From positions 251-64,250 of the forward strand of contig CAZALZ010000003.1 in the NCBI GenBank assembly GCA_964486475.1: DNA of 64,000 nucleotides, written 5' to 3'. The notes beneath the pieces are model-generated. The model was not told the DNA's origin and ran no database searches. It saw only the letters and a program-made list of their open reading frames with translations. A program made the position numbers and the translations under genes. The number at the start of each line of letters is the position of its first letter. Position 1 is the stretch's first letter. The stretch comes from an uncultured Gammaproteobacteria bacterium (GTDB taxonomy: Bacteria; Patescibacteriota; Patescibacteriia; Patescibacteriales; WJLG01). Below, one piece after another: positions 1-11,249 of this stretch.

Positions 1-63
1 GCCCTGGATAAGCTAAAAAAATAATCGGGCATTCCTTTAAGCGGGGGGGGTGTCCGTTTTTTT

Positions 64-1464
64 ATGAAGACAAAAATTAAAAAGTTTCTTTTACTTTTTT
101 TTGCTAAATTTGTAAAACCTTTATCAGAGAATCAAGATGCGCAAAGGCGGGAATTTATTTTGAATATTTTTTTGTTATCCGCTGTTTTTTTCTTCGGCCT
201 CTCTTTTTTGTTTGCAACCGCTAACTATATTAAACAACCTTTTTATCACGGAATGCCTTTGGGCGGTTTTTTGCTCGGTTTTTTACTATTTTTATTTTTA
301 CATTTTTTGTCTAGAAAAGGATTTTCCAAAACAGCTTCTTATTTTTTTGTTTCAATATTTTTTCTTTTTTCGACCGCGGCTATTATTCAATGGGGCGCGG
401 ATTTACCCGCCGCTTTGTTGTTTTTTGTTTTAACCATAACAATTTCCGGAATTTTAATCGGCACTTCTTTCGCTTTTTTTGTTTTTCTTTTGGTTTCAAT
501 TTCTATTTTTGTCATAGGCAATTTGCAATTTTACGGGATAATCGCGCCTGATTTGTATTGGACCCAGCAAAAAATGGAAAGCGATGCTCTTATTTCTTAT
601 ATTTTTTTATTTTTCATAATAACAATCACTTCCTGGCTGTCCAACCGCGAAATAGAAAAATCCTTAGAAAGAGCAAGAAAATCCGAAGCTGAATTAAAAG
701 TTGAACGCGATTCTTTGGAGATTAAAGTTAGGGAAAGAACTCAAGCCCTGAAAAAAATGGAAATGGAAAAGATGTCCGATCTCTTTCGTTTTGCCGAAAT
801 CGGGCGCCTGTCCTCCGGTCTTTTTCATGATTTGGTTAATCCGCTGACGGCTATTTCTTTAAATATAGAAAAAGCTAAAAGTTTCGGCGGAGAAGAGTTG
901 ACTCAAGTAAAAAAATGTTTAGCCGATTCGGTTTCTGCCGTCGGCCGGATGAATGATGTTATTTCCGCAGTGCGCAGGCAGATAGTTAAAAAAGAAAAAA
1001 ACCAAATATTTTCCATAGAAGAAGAGTTGCGGCAAGTTATCAAAGTTTTTTCTTTTCGCGCCAAAAAAGAAAATATTTCAGTTATTTTTTCTCCAGAGAA
1101 AGATATAAAAATTTCCGGCGATCCGGTGAAATTCAGCCAAATAGCCGCTAATTTTTTAGCTAATAGCTTGGATTCTTATGATCATGAAGCAACAGCTGAA
1201 AAAAAAGTGCTAATTTCCTTAAAAGAAGAAGACGGCGCGGCGGTTTTGAAAGTTAAAGATTTCGGCTGTGGCATATCTCGGGAAAACAAAAATAAAATTT
1301 TCCAGCCGTTTTTTACCACTAAAGACTTTTCTCGCGGAACAGGAATCGGATTGTCATTAGTAAAAGAAATGGTGGAAAAAGATTTTGGAGGGACAGTCGG
1401 TTTTATCAGCGAAGCCGATCAAGGAAGCGAATTTTTTGCATACTTTAAAAAAGAAAATTTTTAA
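64..1464 (+). CDS. membrane-bound sensor histidine kinase
   Basis: 466-aa ORF. N-terminal ~190 aa is strongly hydrophobic (several TM helices), followed by a coiled-coil linker. H-box FHDLVNPLTAIS, N-box ANFLANSLDS, G-boxes DFGCGI and GTGIGLSLV. Confidence 0.9.
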   Translation: MKTKIKKFLLLFFAKFVKPLSENQDAQRREFILNIFLLSAVFFFGLSFLFATANYIKQPFYHGMPLGGFLLGFLLFLFLHFLSRKGFSKTASYFFVSIFFLFSTAAIIQWGADLPAALLFFVLTITISGILIGTSFAFFVFLLVSISIFVIGNLQFYGIIAPDLYWTQQKMESDALISYIFLFFIITITSWLSNREIEKSLERARKSEAELKVERDSLEIKVRERTQALKKMEMEKMSDLFRFAEIGRLSSGLFHDLVNPLTAISLNIEKAKSFGGEELTQVKKCLADSVSAVGRMNDVISAVRRQIVKKEKNQIFSIEEELRQVIKVFSFRAKKENISVIFSPEKDIKISGDPVKFSQIAANFLANSLDSYDHEATAEKKVLISLKEEDGAAVLKVKDFGCGISRENKNKIFQPFFTTKDFSRGTGIGLSLVKEMVEKDFGGTVGFISEADQGSEFFAYFKKENF

Positions 1465-1478
1465 TTAGCTGCCTGGTT

Positions 1479-3326
1479 ATGACAAAAATCGAAAGCGTGA
1501 AAGAGGAAATCAAAAAATTTTTATCGTCCGGACAGCGTTCGGACGGCGGTTTTGATGATTTTTTCGGGCGGAAAGCTTTGGTGCTTAACGCTTTAGTCTT
1601 ATTTTTTTTGCCGAAAAGCAAAGATAAAGAAATTTCCGCCATCAGAGAAAAGGCCGCTGGTTTTATTTTGCGGTATAAAAGCCAAGATTGGATTTTTTCA
1701 GAAAATTTCGGATTAAATTTTTTGATTTTATGCGCCCTATCCGCTCATGATCCGTTAATTTTTTCTGGAGAAGATTTGGCCAAAATCACGCAGATGCTCG
1801 TGCAAGCTGAAAAAACAGAAGGCGGCCCTTATTTTTCTTCGCCCGGCAGTAAAGACGAAGTTGATTTGTTCGCTAATATTGTTATTTTCGGTTTTTTAAA
1901 AAAATTTGAAGTTGAGCTGCCGAATTTAAATCGCTTAATTGAAGGCGCGATTGAAGAAGATGATTTTTCTTGGTGTTTGGCTCGGCCCCTTTTTGTAATT
2001 TATTCGCTCTCAAAATTTTATCAAGGGGAAAAAACAATCAAGCTTTCTGAAAAAATTTTAGAAAAAATAGACAGTGTCGGCCGGACAAGCGCCGCGGATG
2101 AAATGTTATCTTTTTGTTCTTTAGTGAATTTAGGCTGCCGGCCGGACAGTGAAATTGAAAAAAAATTTTTTTTATCAGCGCCTTTTTTAGAAAAACTGCT
2201 GTTGCCGGCGCGATATTTTTCGGACTTATTCGATTCGGCCGACGGCTCGAGCCAGGTTTTAAACTCAGCTTTATATTTGGAAGTTTTGGAGAAATTATCG
2301 GCTCTTCAGAAAAAAAATCCGGAAACCGAAAGTGAAACCAGTGAAACCAAGGAAAAGAAAATAATCGCCGATATTTTACGTTTAGGAGAAGAAAGATTTT
2401 TTTCTCTTCCGCCGGCTTTGCGGGAATCCGCCAATAGTGAAATCGGTCATATTGCGCAAAAAAATTCTGATCGGCAAATGCTTTTAATGCCTTATTATTT
2501 TCGTTTGGCTTTAGGGGGGGGAGGGAGAATTTTTTCTGATGAATTTATTGCCAGAACAGGTTTGGCCAATGCCTTTTTTTGGACGGCCTTTGTGATATAT
2601 GACGATCTTTTAGACGGAGAGGGAGATTCGAAGTTAATACCGACTGCCAATATTTATGCCAGAGAATTTACGGGATTTTTTCGGACGATTTTTCCGGCTG
2701 AACACGAATTTAATAATTTTTTTTCTCGTACAATGGACAAGCTTGACGCGGCTAACGCTCAAGAGGTAATTGATCGCCGAGCCACCGTTGCCAATAATGT
2801 TTTTTTAATCCCTGAAAACATTCCGGATTACGGGGATTATGAAGCGGCATATGCGCCGTCTTCGGCTCATATTTTCGGGCCTTTGAGTATGTCAAGCCTA
2901 CTCGGCTTTTCTCTGTCTTCAGAAGAAGTTGAAAATCTAATCAGCTATTTCCGCCATTATCTTATCGCCATGCAGATAAATGATGACATCTATGATTGGG
3001 AAGAGGATTTACGGCGCGGCCGATTAAGCACGGCGGCGGCAATGTTGTTGCGCGATTGGCTGTCCATCCATCCTGGAAGCGAAAGTATTGATTTGGAAAA
3101 AGAAATCAATGATTTACGGCAAACGTTTTACTTCACGACCTTGGAAAAAATCAGCGCCGAAGTTTTGCGCCATACCAAAGCTTCACGCGTTGCTTTAAGA
3201 AAAGTTTCTTTTATTGAGAATTTTGCTCCATTGGAAAAATTTATAAATTTGGCCGAAATCGCGGCAAAACAGGCTTTTGATGATCAAAAAACAATAAAAG
3301 ATTTTTTAAAAAGTTTTAAGCCGTAG
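1479..3326 (+). CDS. two-domain protein: N-terminal prenyltransferase/terpene-cyclase-like repeats, C-terminal trans-isoprenyl diphosphate synthase-like domain
   Basis: 615-aa ORF. N-terminal repeats carry GG motifs (SSGQRSDGGFDDFFG, QAEKTEGGPYFSS). C-terminal half has two DDxxD motifs, DDLLD (nt 2601-2615) and DDIYD (nt 2982-2996), about 127 aa apart. The CDS is secure; the function is inferred from motifs only. Confidence 0.5.
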   Translation: MTKIESVKEEIKKFLSSGQRSDGGFDDFFGRKALVLNALVLFFLPKSKDKEISAIREKAAGFILRYKSQDWIFSENFGLNFLILCALSAHDPLIFSGEDLAKITQMLVQAEKTEGGPYFSSPGSKDEVDLFANIVIFGFLKKFEVELPNLNRLIEGAIEEDDFSWCLARPLFVIYSLSKFYQGEKTIKLSEKILEKIDSVGRTSAADEMLSFCSLVNLGCRPDSEIEKKFFLSAPFLEKLLLPARYFSDLFDSADGSSQVLNSALYLEVLEKLSALQKKNPETESETSETKEKKIIADILRLGEERFFSLPPALRESANSEIGHIAQKNSDRQMLLMPYYFRLALGGGGRIFSDEFIARTGLANAFFWTAFVIYDDLLDGEGDSKLIPTANIYAREFTGFFRTIFPAEHEFNNFFSRTMDKLDAANAQEVIDRRATVANNVFLIPENIPDYGDYEAAYAPSSAHIFGPLSMSSLLGFSLSSEEVENLISYFRHYLIAMQINDDIYDWEEDLRRGRLSTAAAMLLRDWLSIHPGSESIDLEKEINDLRQTFYFTTLEKISAEVLRHTKASRVALRKVSFIENFAPLEKFINLAEIAAKQAFDDQKTIKDFLKSFKP

Positions 3327-3396
3327 AGGCCGTATTTTGATTCTGTTAGAATTTTTTTAAGAAAACAAGTTTGGTTAATCTAAGAGTTTAATTTAA

Positions 3397-3421
3397 AATA
3401 AGCCTTTTTGAAAGGCTTATT
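3397..3421 (+). terminator. strong hairpin after 1479..3326 (probable terminator)
   Basis: 11-bp perfect stem AATAAGCCTTT/AAAGGCTTATT with a 3-nt loop. Only a short T tract follows. Confidence 0.45.
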
Positions 3422-3428
3422 TAGTATC

Positions 3429-3456
3429 TTGACAAGAGTGAAACAAATGATAAAAT
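3429..3456 (+). promoter_or_regulatory. sigma70-type promoter of groES-groEL
   Basis: TTGACA (3429-3434), 16-nt spacer, TAAAAT (3451-3456), immediately upstream of the CIRCE element. Confidence 0.6.
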
Positions 3457-3466
3457 AGAGTATAAT

Positions 3467-3493
3467 TTAGCACTTTAAGCGATAGAGTGCTAA
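3467..3493 (+). promoter_or_regulatory. CIRCE operator (HrcA-type heat-shock control)
   Basis: TTAGCACTT-N9-GAGTGCTAA. This matches the CIRCE consensus TTAGCACTC-N9-GAGTGCTAA at 17 of 18 arm positions and lies between the promoter and groES. Confidence 0.9.
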
Positions 3494-3545
3494 GATTAAT
3501 TTTTAAAAGCGTCTTCGCCGGTTTTTCGGCGGATTCCTTAAATTT

Positions 3546-3833
3546 ATGAATATAAAACCATTACATGACAATGTGGTTTTGGAGTCTATTGAGGCGGAAA
3601 AAGCCACGAAATCAGGAATAATTTTGCCGGACACGGCGGATAAGGGCCGGCCGGAACAAGGAACGGTTGTCGCGGTGGGTGATGGCAAGGTTTTGGATTC
3701 TGGGGTTTTATCCAAGGTTTCGGTAAAAGTCGGCGATACGGTTCTTTTTAAAAAATATTCTCCGGACGAGGTTGAAGTTAACGGCAAAACTTACTTTGTT
3801 TTAAATGAGAGCGATATTTTAGCTATTTTGTAA
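3546..3833 (+). CDS. groES: co-chaperonin GroES
   Basis: 95-aa ORF, MNIKPLHDNVVLE...GTVVAVGDG, canonical Cpn10, upstream of groEL. Confidence 0.97.
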   Translation: MNIKPLHDNVVLESIEAEKATKSGIILPDTADKGRPEQGTVVAVGDGKVLDSGVLSKVSVKVGDTVLFKKYSPDEVEVNGKTYFVLNESDILAIL

Positions 3834-3837
3834 TTAA

Positions 3838-5538
<1,701 letters not shown>

Positions 5539-5557
5539 TTTTAAAGAGAGTTTTTTT

Positions 5558-5585
5558 AAAAGACAGGGATAACCCCCTGTCTTTT
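5558..5585 (+). terminator. intrinsic terminator of groESL
   Basis: 11-bp stem AAAAGACAGGG/CCCTGTCTTTT with a 6-nt loop; the 3' arm runs into a T tract. Confidence 0.8.
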
Positions 5586-5704
5586 AATTTAACCTTTTTT
5601 TGTTTGTGGAAATTTTTCAAAATACGGAGCTTGGAAAATTTGTCGCGAACCGCTCAAAGTGTTAAAATATAAAAGGAACTGCTTTAAGCAGTGAATTTTA
5701 TTAA

Positions 5705-7231
5705 ATGGAAATAACAATCAATGGCGCGGTTTTAAGTTTCGCGCCGATAATAGATTTTTTTACCCAATCGCCGGATATCATTTTACGGCAAATCTTTTTT
5801 TATGTCGGCTGGATTCCGCTGTCTCTGGCTTTTCTTTGGGGGGCTAAGGAACTGTGGGTTTTTTATCGTCAAAATTTGTGGTTTGCGAAGAATGGAAAGT
5901 TTGCTTTTTTGGCCATTGATATTCCGCGCGGAAACGAACAGTCTCCCCGAGCCGTGGAAAATTTATTCAGTTATCTTGGCGGAGCTCATGGCACCCTTAA
6001 TTTGATAGACACTTATTGGGATGGCAAGTTTCAGCTTAACTTCAGTTTTGAAATTGTTTCCATCGGCGGCTATACGCAATTTATAATAAGAACTCCGATC
6101 GCTAACCGCGATTTAGTGGAATCGGCCATTTATGCCCAGTATCCCGATGCTGAAATAGTAGAGATAGATGATTATGCCGCGCCTTACAAAGGGACTCGTT
6201 TTCCTAATGATAAATATGATATGGCTGGCGCGGAATTCGTTCAACAAAACAGCTCCGCTTATCCGATAAGGACTTATGAAGATTTTGAACACCAGTTCGG
6301 CGAGCCTGAAACTCATTTCCGCGATCCTTTGGCCGCTTTAATGGATTTGTGCTCTTCGCTTAAGCCGGGCGAACAGCTTTGGTATCAGCTCTTGATTGTT
6401 CCTGTTACTCCGTCTTGGGATGATGTTATGGATAAGGAGGTTGCTAAAATTTTAAAAGAAACGCCTAAATCTAAAAGCAATATTTTAAACAAAGGCGCTG
6501 ATGCCGCTTTAAATTTAATCACTTCCGCTTCCGGTCTTTTGGTTGGAAACGAGCCGCCCGCCGGTAAGGAAGAAAAAAAAGACGATGCTTTAAAAATGAT
6601 GAATTTGAAACCGAAAGACAAAAAGCGCGTAGAAGCTATGCAGGAAAAGGAATCTAAAATGCCTTACAAATTCAAGATTAGAATGGTTTATTTGGCGGAA
6701 AAAGAGCAGATGAATAAGGCTAAGGTTTTTGGCGGCTTTGTCGGTTTTATCAAGCAATTCACCGCCGTTGATCTTAACGCGCTTAAACCTGATATGGATA
6801 GAACGGGAATTTCCACCGCCTATCTTTTTAAAGATAAACATTTGAACAGCCGGAAAAATCGTCTTTTTAATAATTATATCGCGCGCGACAGCGGCGCCGG
6901 CCGTTCCTTAGGGTTAATGAATGTTGAAGAATTAGCGACGCTTTGGCATTTTCCGATTGAAAGCGTAGTTAAGGCTCCTTTAATTCAGAAAACCGCCGGC
7001 CGTAAAGCCGAGCCGCCAATGACTTTGCCTATGGCCGAGGAGGTTGTCGGATCTGATAAGCCCGAGCCGCTGTTTTTCGGAGAATCCGAAGAAGAATCGC
7101 TTCAAGGCGAAACCGATTTTTTTAACAGTTCATCAGCGGACGAAAAAAATGTTGCTTCTTCCTCGGAAATCACCACAGAAGAAAGCCGAGATAAAAAAGG
7201 GGCGCCACCGGAGAATCTGCCGTTTGTTTAA
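5705..7231 (+). CDS. membrane protein of unknown function, upstream partner of the T4CP-like ATPase
   Basis: 508-aa ORF. Two N-terminal hydrophobic segments (aa ~5-55), a large soluble domain, and an acidic/Ser-rich C-terminal tail. Same strand as the ATPase gene and 114 nt upstream of it. Confidence 0.6.
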   Translation: MEITINGAVLSFAPIIDFFTQSPDIILRQIFFYVGWIPLSLAFLWGAKELWVFYRQNLWFAKNGKFAFLAIDIPRGNEQSPRAVENLFSYLGGAHGTLNLIDTYWDGKFQLNFSFEIVSIGGYTQFIIRTPIANRDLVESAIYAQYPDAEIVEIDDYAAPYKGTRFPNDKYDMAGAEFVQQNSSAYPIRTYEDFEHQFGEPETHFRDPLAALMDLCSSLKPGEQLWYQLLIVPVTPSWDDVMDKEVAKILKETPKSKSNILNKGADAALNLITSASGLLVGNEPPAGKEEKKDDALKMMNLKPKDKKRVEAMQEKESKMPYKFKIRMVYLAEKEQMNKAKVFGGFVGFIKQFTAVDLNALKPDMDRTGISTAYLFKDKHLNSRKNRLFNNYIARDSGAGRSLGLMNVEELATLWHFPIESVVKAPLIQKTAGRKAEPPMTLPMAEEVVGSDKPEPLFFGESEEESLQGETDFFNSSSADEKNVASSSEITTEESRDKKGAPPENLPFV

Positions 7232-7345
7232 TTTTTTTTGCAGTATGGTTTTGGCGGTATGTAGAACAATATAAACTTCGCGTTTGTTTGCGGATTAGTG
7301 TAAATTAGCGAATTAGCATTTTATTTATAAGATAATTAAATTTAA

Positions 7346-9181
7346 ATGATAAACTTTGATATAACAACTTTTGCCGAAACAACTTTCCGCAATCAAAAGC
7401 TTAAATTCGGCATTAAAACCGATGATCGCCGCCGCCATATGTATTTGATCGGAAAAACCGGTATGGGCAAATCAACGATTTTAGAGAATATGATAGTAGC
7501 CGATATCCGCGCCGGAAGAGGAGTGGCTGTTGTTGACCCGCATGGAGATTTGGCGGAGAAAATTATGCAGTATATTCCGGCTGAGCGCATTAAAGATATT
7601 ATTTATTTCAATCCTTCGGATACTGATTTTCCAATCGCTTTTAATATAGTGGAGCAAGTCGATGCTAAAGTCCGCCACCTTGTCGCCTCCGGATTGATCG
7701 GCGTATTTAAGAAACTTTGGGCTGATTCTTGGGGACCGCGCTTGGAATATATTTTGCGCAATGCTATTTTGGCTGTTTTGGATTACCCGGATTCCACCCT
7801 GCTTTCAGTTATTAGAATGTTGTCTGATAAAAATTACCGCAAAAAAGTCATTGACGAAGTTCATGATCCGGTGGTAAAAGCTTTTTGGGTTAAAGAATTC
7901 GCCGGTTATGCCGATAAATTCGCCTCCGAAGCTGTTTCTCCTATTCAGAATAAAGTCGGGCAATTTTTATCCAGCTCCTTAATTAGAAATATTATCGGGC
8001 AGACCAAATCTTCCATTGATGTCCGCGCCGCCATGGATAGCGGTAAAATTTTAATAATGAATCTTTCTAAAGGCTATATCGGCGAGGATAATTCCGCCCT
8101 TTTGGGCGCGATGATGATTACTAAAATACAATTGGCCGCCATGAGCCGCGTTAACATTCCGGAGAGCGAACGCCGCGATTTTTATTTATATATCGATGAA
8201 TTCCAAAATTTTTCTACGGAATCTTTTGCCAATATTCTTTCCGAAGCGCGCAAATATCATTTGAACTTGATTATCGCCCATCAATATATTGAACAGCTTA
8301 CCGACGAGGTGCGGGCGGCGGTTTTCGGCAATGTTGGAACTTTGGTTTCTTTCCGCGTCGGCGCCGCCGACGCGGAAGAATTAGTCAAGGAATTTGCGCC
8401 GACTTTTACCGAAGAAGATATTTTAAATCTGCCCAAATTCGAGTTTTATGTAAAATTAATGATTGACGGCGTAGCTTCTACTCCTTTTTCCGCGCGCGGC
8501 TTGCCGCCATTAACACAAGAGGAAAAAACCAATAATTGGGAAAAGGCGATTGCTTGGACTCGAGAAAATTATGCTAAACCGGTGGCGGTTGTTGAAAAAG
8601 TAATTATGGATTCTTACTATCAAGAAGAATTGTCTCTATCCGGGAAAGACAGAAAAGAAGAAAAGCATTTTTCGCCGCCGGCGCCGGTCAAGATGCCGCT
8701 GGTCGTTAAGAAAGAATTTTTACCTCCGGTTAAAGAAACACGATCGGTTGCGGCCGTTGCTCCCGAATTCGGAAACATCAATAAAAAAGAAAATTTTCCA
8801 GCAATATATAATGTTGTTTGCGCCTCTTGCGGAGAGGTTGCTGAAGTTCCTTTCAAGCCGGACGGCAGCCGGCCGGTTTATTGTAAAAAATGCCTTTCTA
8901 ATATTAAAAAAGAAAAGCGCGATTCTTTTAAAAAAAATGAGAGCCGGGTTTATTCAAAACCTCAGCCGCGCGATCTTTCGGCTTTTTCCCCAAGGGCTTT
9001 GGCGGCCGCCGGGAAAGTGGAGTCGGTCGGTCCGACTTTGTCTTTATCCAATCTTTCGGCCAAACCGGAGGCGGGGCTTGTAAAATTTCGCGGAAAAGGT
9101 AATAATCATAAAGATCAAGAATTTCCGCCAAAGATGTCGGAAAAAGAATTGGAAGAAGGAGAAGATATAATTTTCGAATAA
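7346..9181 (+). CDS. TraD/VirD4-like (type IV coupling protein family) P-loop ATPase with C-terminal CxxC-x17-CxxC zinc ribbon
   Basis: 611-aa ORF. Walker A GKTGMGKST, Walker B LYIDEFQNF, ARKYHLNLIIAHQYIEQL (TraG-D_C-like). C-terminal CASC-x17-CKKC at nt 8819-8893. No N-terminal TM segment. Confidence 0.8.
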   Translation: MINFDITTFAETTFRNQKLKFGIKTDDRRRHMYLIGKTGMGKSTILENMIVADIRAGRGVAVVDPHGDLAEKIMQYIPAERIKDIIYFNPSDTDFPIAFNIVEQVDAKVRHLVASGLIGVFKKLWADSWGPRLEYILRNAILAVLDYPDSTLLSVIRMLSDKNYRKKVIDEVHDPVVKAFWVKEFAGYADKFASEAVSPIQNKVGQFLSSSLIRNIIGQTKSSIDVRAAMDSGKILIMNLSKGYIGEDNSALLGAMMITKIQLAAMSRVNIPESERRDFYLYIDEFQNFSTESFANILSEARKYHLNLIIAHQYIEQLTDEVRAAVFGNVGTLVSFRVGAADAEELVKEFAPTFTEEDILNLPKFEFYVKLMIDGVASTPFSARGLPPLTQEEKTNNWEKAIAWTRENYAKPVAVVEKVIMDSYYQEELSLSGKDRKEEKHFSPPAPVKMPLVVKKEFLPPVKETRSVAAVAPEFGNINKKENFPAIYNVVCASCGEVAEVPFKPDGSRPVYCKKCLSNIKKEKRDSFKKNESRVYSKPQPRDLSAFSPRALAAAGKVESVGPTLSLSNLSAKPEAGLVKFRGKGNNHKDQEFPPKMSEKELEEGEDIIFE

Positions 9182-9197
9182 TTAATTAAAATTATCA

Positions 9198-10784
9198 ATG
9201 GCTAATTATTTAAAGGTAGGCAAGGCCGCCGATTTAGAGGGCAAGGATCGTTTATTGTATCGTTTACTGGAAATTTTTCCCGGCGCTCTTTCTTGGGGGG
9301 TTTTATTGGTGCTGATTATTTTTTCTTTTATAAAGCCTGTTTGGGTCGCTTATTTTATTATTGTTTTCGATATTTATTGGCTGCTTCTGGTTCTTTATTT
9401 AAGCATCCATCTTTTTGCTTCTTATGTCGGAATGAAAAAGACGATGAAAATAAATTGGCGCGACAAGCTGAACGAATTGGAAGAGAAAAAAATATCCGGT
9501 CTGCCGGAAAAATGCTTGGCAAAACAAGGATTTTCTTATAAAGATATAATTCATTTAATAATTGTTCCGACAGCAATCGAGCCGGTGGAAATTCTTCGGC
9601 CGGAAATCCAATCAATTATCAATGATGGTTTTCCGACAAAGCAGATGATTTATGTTTTGGCGACGGAAGAGCGTGAAGGTGAAAACGGCCGCATCAAGGC
9701 GCAAAAATTACAAGAAGAATTCGGGCATTATTTCAGGAATTTTTTAATTACTATTCATCCTGACGGCGTTGCTGGAGAAATTAAAGGCAAGGGTTCTAAT
9801 CAGGCTTATTCGGCCAGAATGATAAAAAAAGAAATAATTGATAAAGAAGGCTTGGATTATAGTAAAATTTTAGTAAGTGTTTTTGACAGCGACACCATAG
9901 TGAATCCCGGGTATTTTTCTGTTTTGACTTATCGTTTTTTAACAGTTGAAAATCCCTATCGCGCCAGTTATCAGCCGATTCCTTTATACCATAATAATAT
10001 TTGGGATGTGCCGTTTTTTTCCAGGGTGGCGGCGATGAGCAACACCTTCTGGCAAATGATGCAGCAGATTCGTGTAGAAAAATTAGCAACCTATGCTTCT
10101 CATTCTATGACTTGGAAAGCTTTATCAGAGATAGATTTTTGGTCGACCAATATGGTAAGCGAAGATTCGCGCATTTTCTGGCATTGCTACCTTTTTTATA
10201 ATGGCGATTATCGCGTCGAACCTCTATATTTTACAATTTCCATGGACTCTATTAAAGTTTCCAATACCTGGAAGACGCTTATCGGCTTATATAAGCAGCA
10301 GCGCCGCTGGGGTTGGGGGGTTGAAAACGCGCCTTATCTTATTTTCAATACTATTAAAAAATGGAAGGATTTGCCGAAGAAAAAAACTCTCGATAAAATT
10401 TTGGTGCAAATACACGGTTTTAATTCTTGGGCGACTAACGCTTTAATTATCGCCGTGATCGGCTGGCTGCCTTTATTTTTCGGCGGGCAAAGTTTTAATG
10501 ATACGGTTCTTTCTGGAAATTTGCCGCAGGTCACCAGGACTTTAATGACCATGGCTATGCTGGGCTTGCTTTTTTCCACTATTGTCGCCACCCTGCTTTT
10601 GCCGCACCGTCCAGCATCCGTCGGTCTTTGGAAAAAGATTTATACGAGGATTTTTGCTTTTTTTGAATGGCTTTTTCTGCCGATTGGAATTATTCTTGTC
10701 GGAGCTTTCCCCGCGCTGGATGCTCAAACGCGCCTTATGCTGGGAAAATATTTGGGATTTTTAGTTACCCCCAAAGAAAGATAA
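9198..10784 (+). CDS. integral-membrane family-2 glycosyltransferase (processive synthase-like)
   Basis: 528-aa ORF. TM helices at both ends, VFDSDT aspartates, and QQRRWGWG (QxxRW motif of cellulose/chitin-synthase-like GT2 enzymes). Confidence 0.75.
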   Translation: MANYLKVGKAADLEGKDRLLYRLLEIFPGALSWGVLLVLIIFSFIKPVWVAYFIIVFDIYWLLLVLYLSIHLFASYVGMKKTMKINWRDKLNELEEKKISGLPEKCLAKQGFSYKDIIHLIIVPTAIEPVEILRPEIQSIINDGFPTKQMIYVLATEEREGENGRIKAQKLQEEFGHYFRNFLITIHPDGVAGEIKGKGSNQAYSARMIKKEIIDKEGLDYSKILVSVFDSDTIVNPGYFSVLTYRFLTVENPYRASYQPIPLYHNNIWDVPFFSRVAAMSNTFWQMMQQIRVEKLATYASHSMTWKALSEIDFWSTNMVSEDSRIFWHCYLFYNGDYRVEPLYFTISMDSIKVSNTWKTLIGLYKQQRRWGWGVENAPYLIFNTIKKWKDLPKKKTLDKILVQIHGFNSWATNALIIAVIGWLPLFFGGQSFNDTVLSGNLPQVTRTLMTMAMLGLLFSTIVATLLLPHRPASVGLWKKIYTRIFAFFEWLFLPIGIILVGAFPALDAQTRLMLGKYLGFLVTPKER

Positions 10785-10798
10785 AATTATTTTTAAAA

Positions 10799-11188
10799 AT
10801 GCCGTTGCGCAATAAAAAAAATTTTTTTTCCGGGCCATTATGGCTCACCCTTTTTCTGCTGGCTATTCTCGGCTGTTTGGCCGGGCCGCTTTCAAGTAAT
10901 TTTTTAAGAAAGCAAAAAGTTGACAGCGAAATTTTGGAGTTGCAAAAAGAAATAAGTCAGCTGGATAGCAGCAACAAGGACTTGGAAAAATTACTGGTTT
11001 ATTTAAAGTCCAATCAATTCGCCGAAGTTCAAGCCAGAGTTAATTTCGGTTTAAAAAAACCCGGAGAAGAAGTGGTGGTTATAAAGAGCGGCGAGAATTC
11101 AAAAGAAATTGAGGCGGCAGTGGCGGAGGAAACTGAAGCCCCGAATCCGGTTAGGTGGCTGAAGTATTTTTTGAAGATGAAGCAATAA
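10799..11188 (+). CDS. septum formation initiator family protein (FtsB/DivIC-like)
   Basis: Internal ATG of the 10667 ORF; the upstream part overlaps the GT2 gene. One TM helix, then a coiled coil (EILELQKEISQLDSSNKDLEKLLVYL), then NFGLKKPGEEVVVI. Confidence 0.7.
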   Translation: MPLRNKKNFFSGPLWLTLFLLAILGCLAGPLSSNFLRKQKVDSEILELQKEISQLDSSNKDLEKLLVYLKSNQFAEVQARVNFGLKKPGEEVVVIKSGENSKEIEAAVAEETEAPNPVRWLKYFLKMKQ

Positions 11189-11249
11189 ATTTATAAAAAT
11201 ATCGGCGCTTAAAAGGCGCGGTATTTTTCAGGAAAAGCATCAAATAAAA

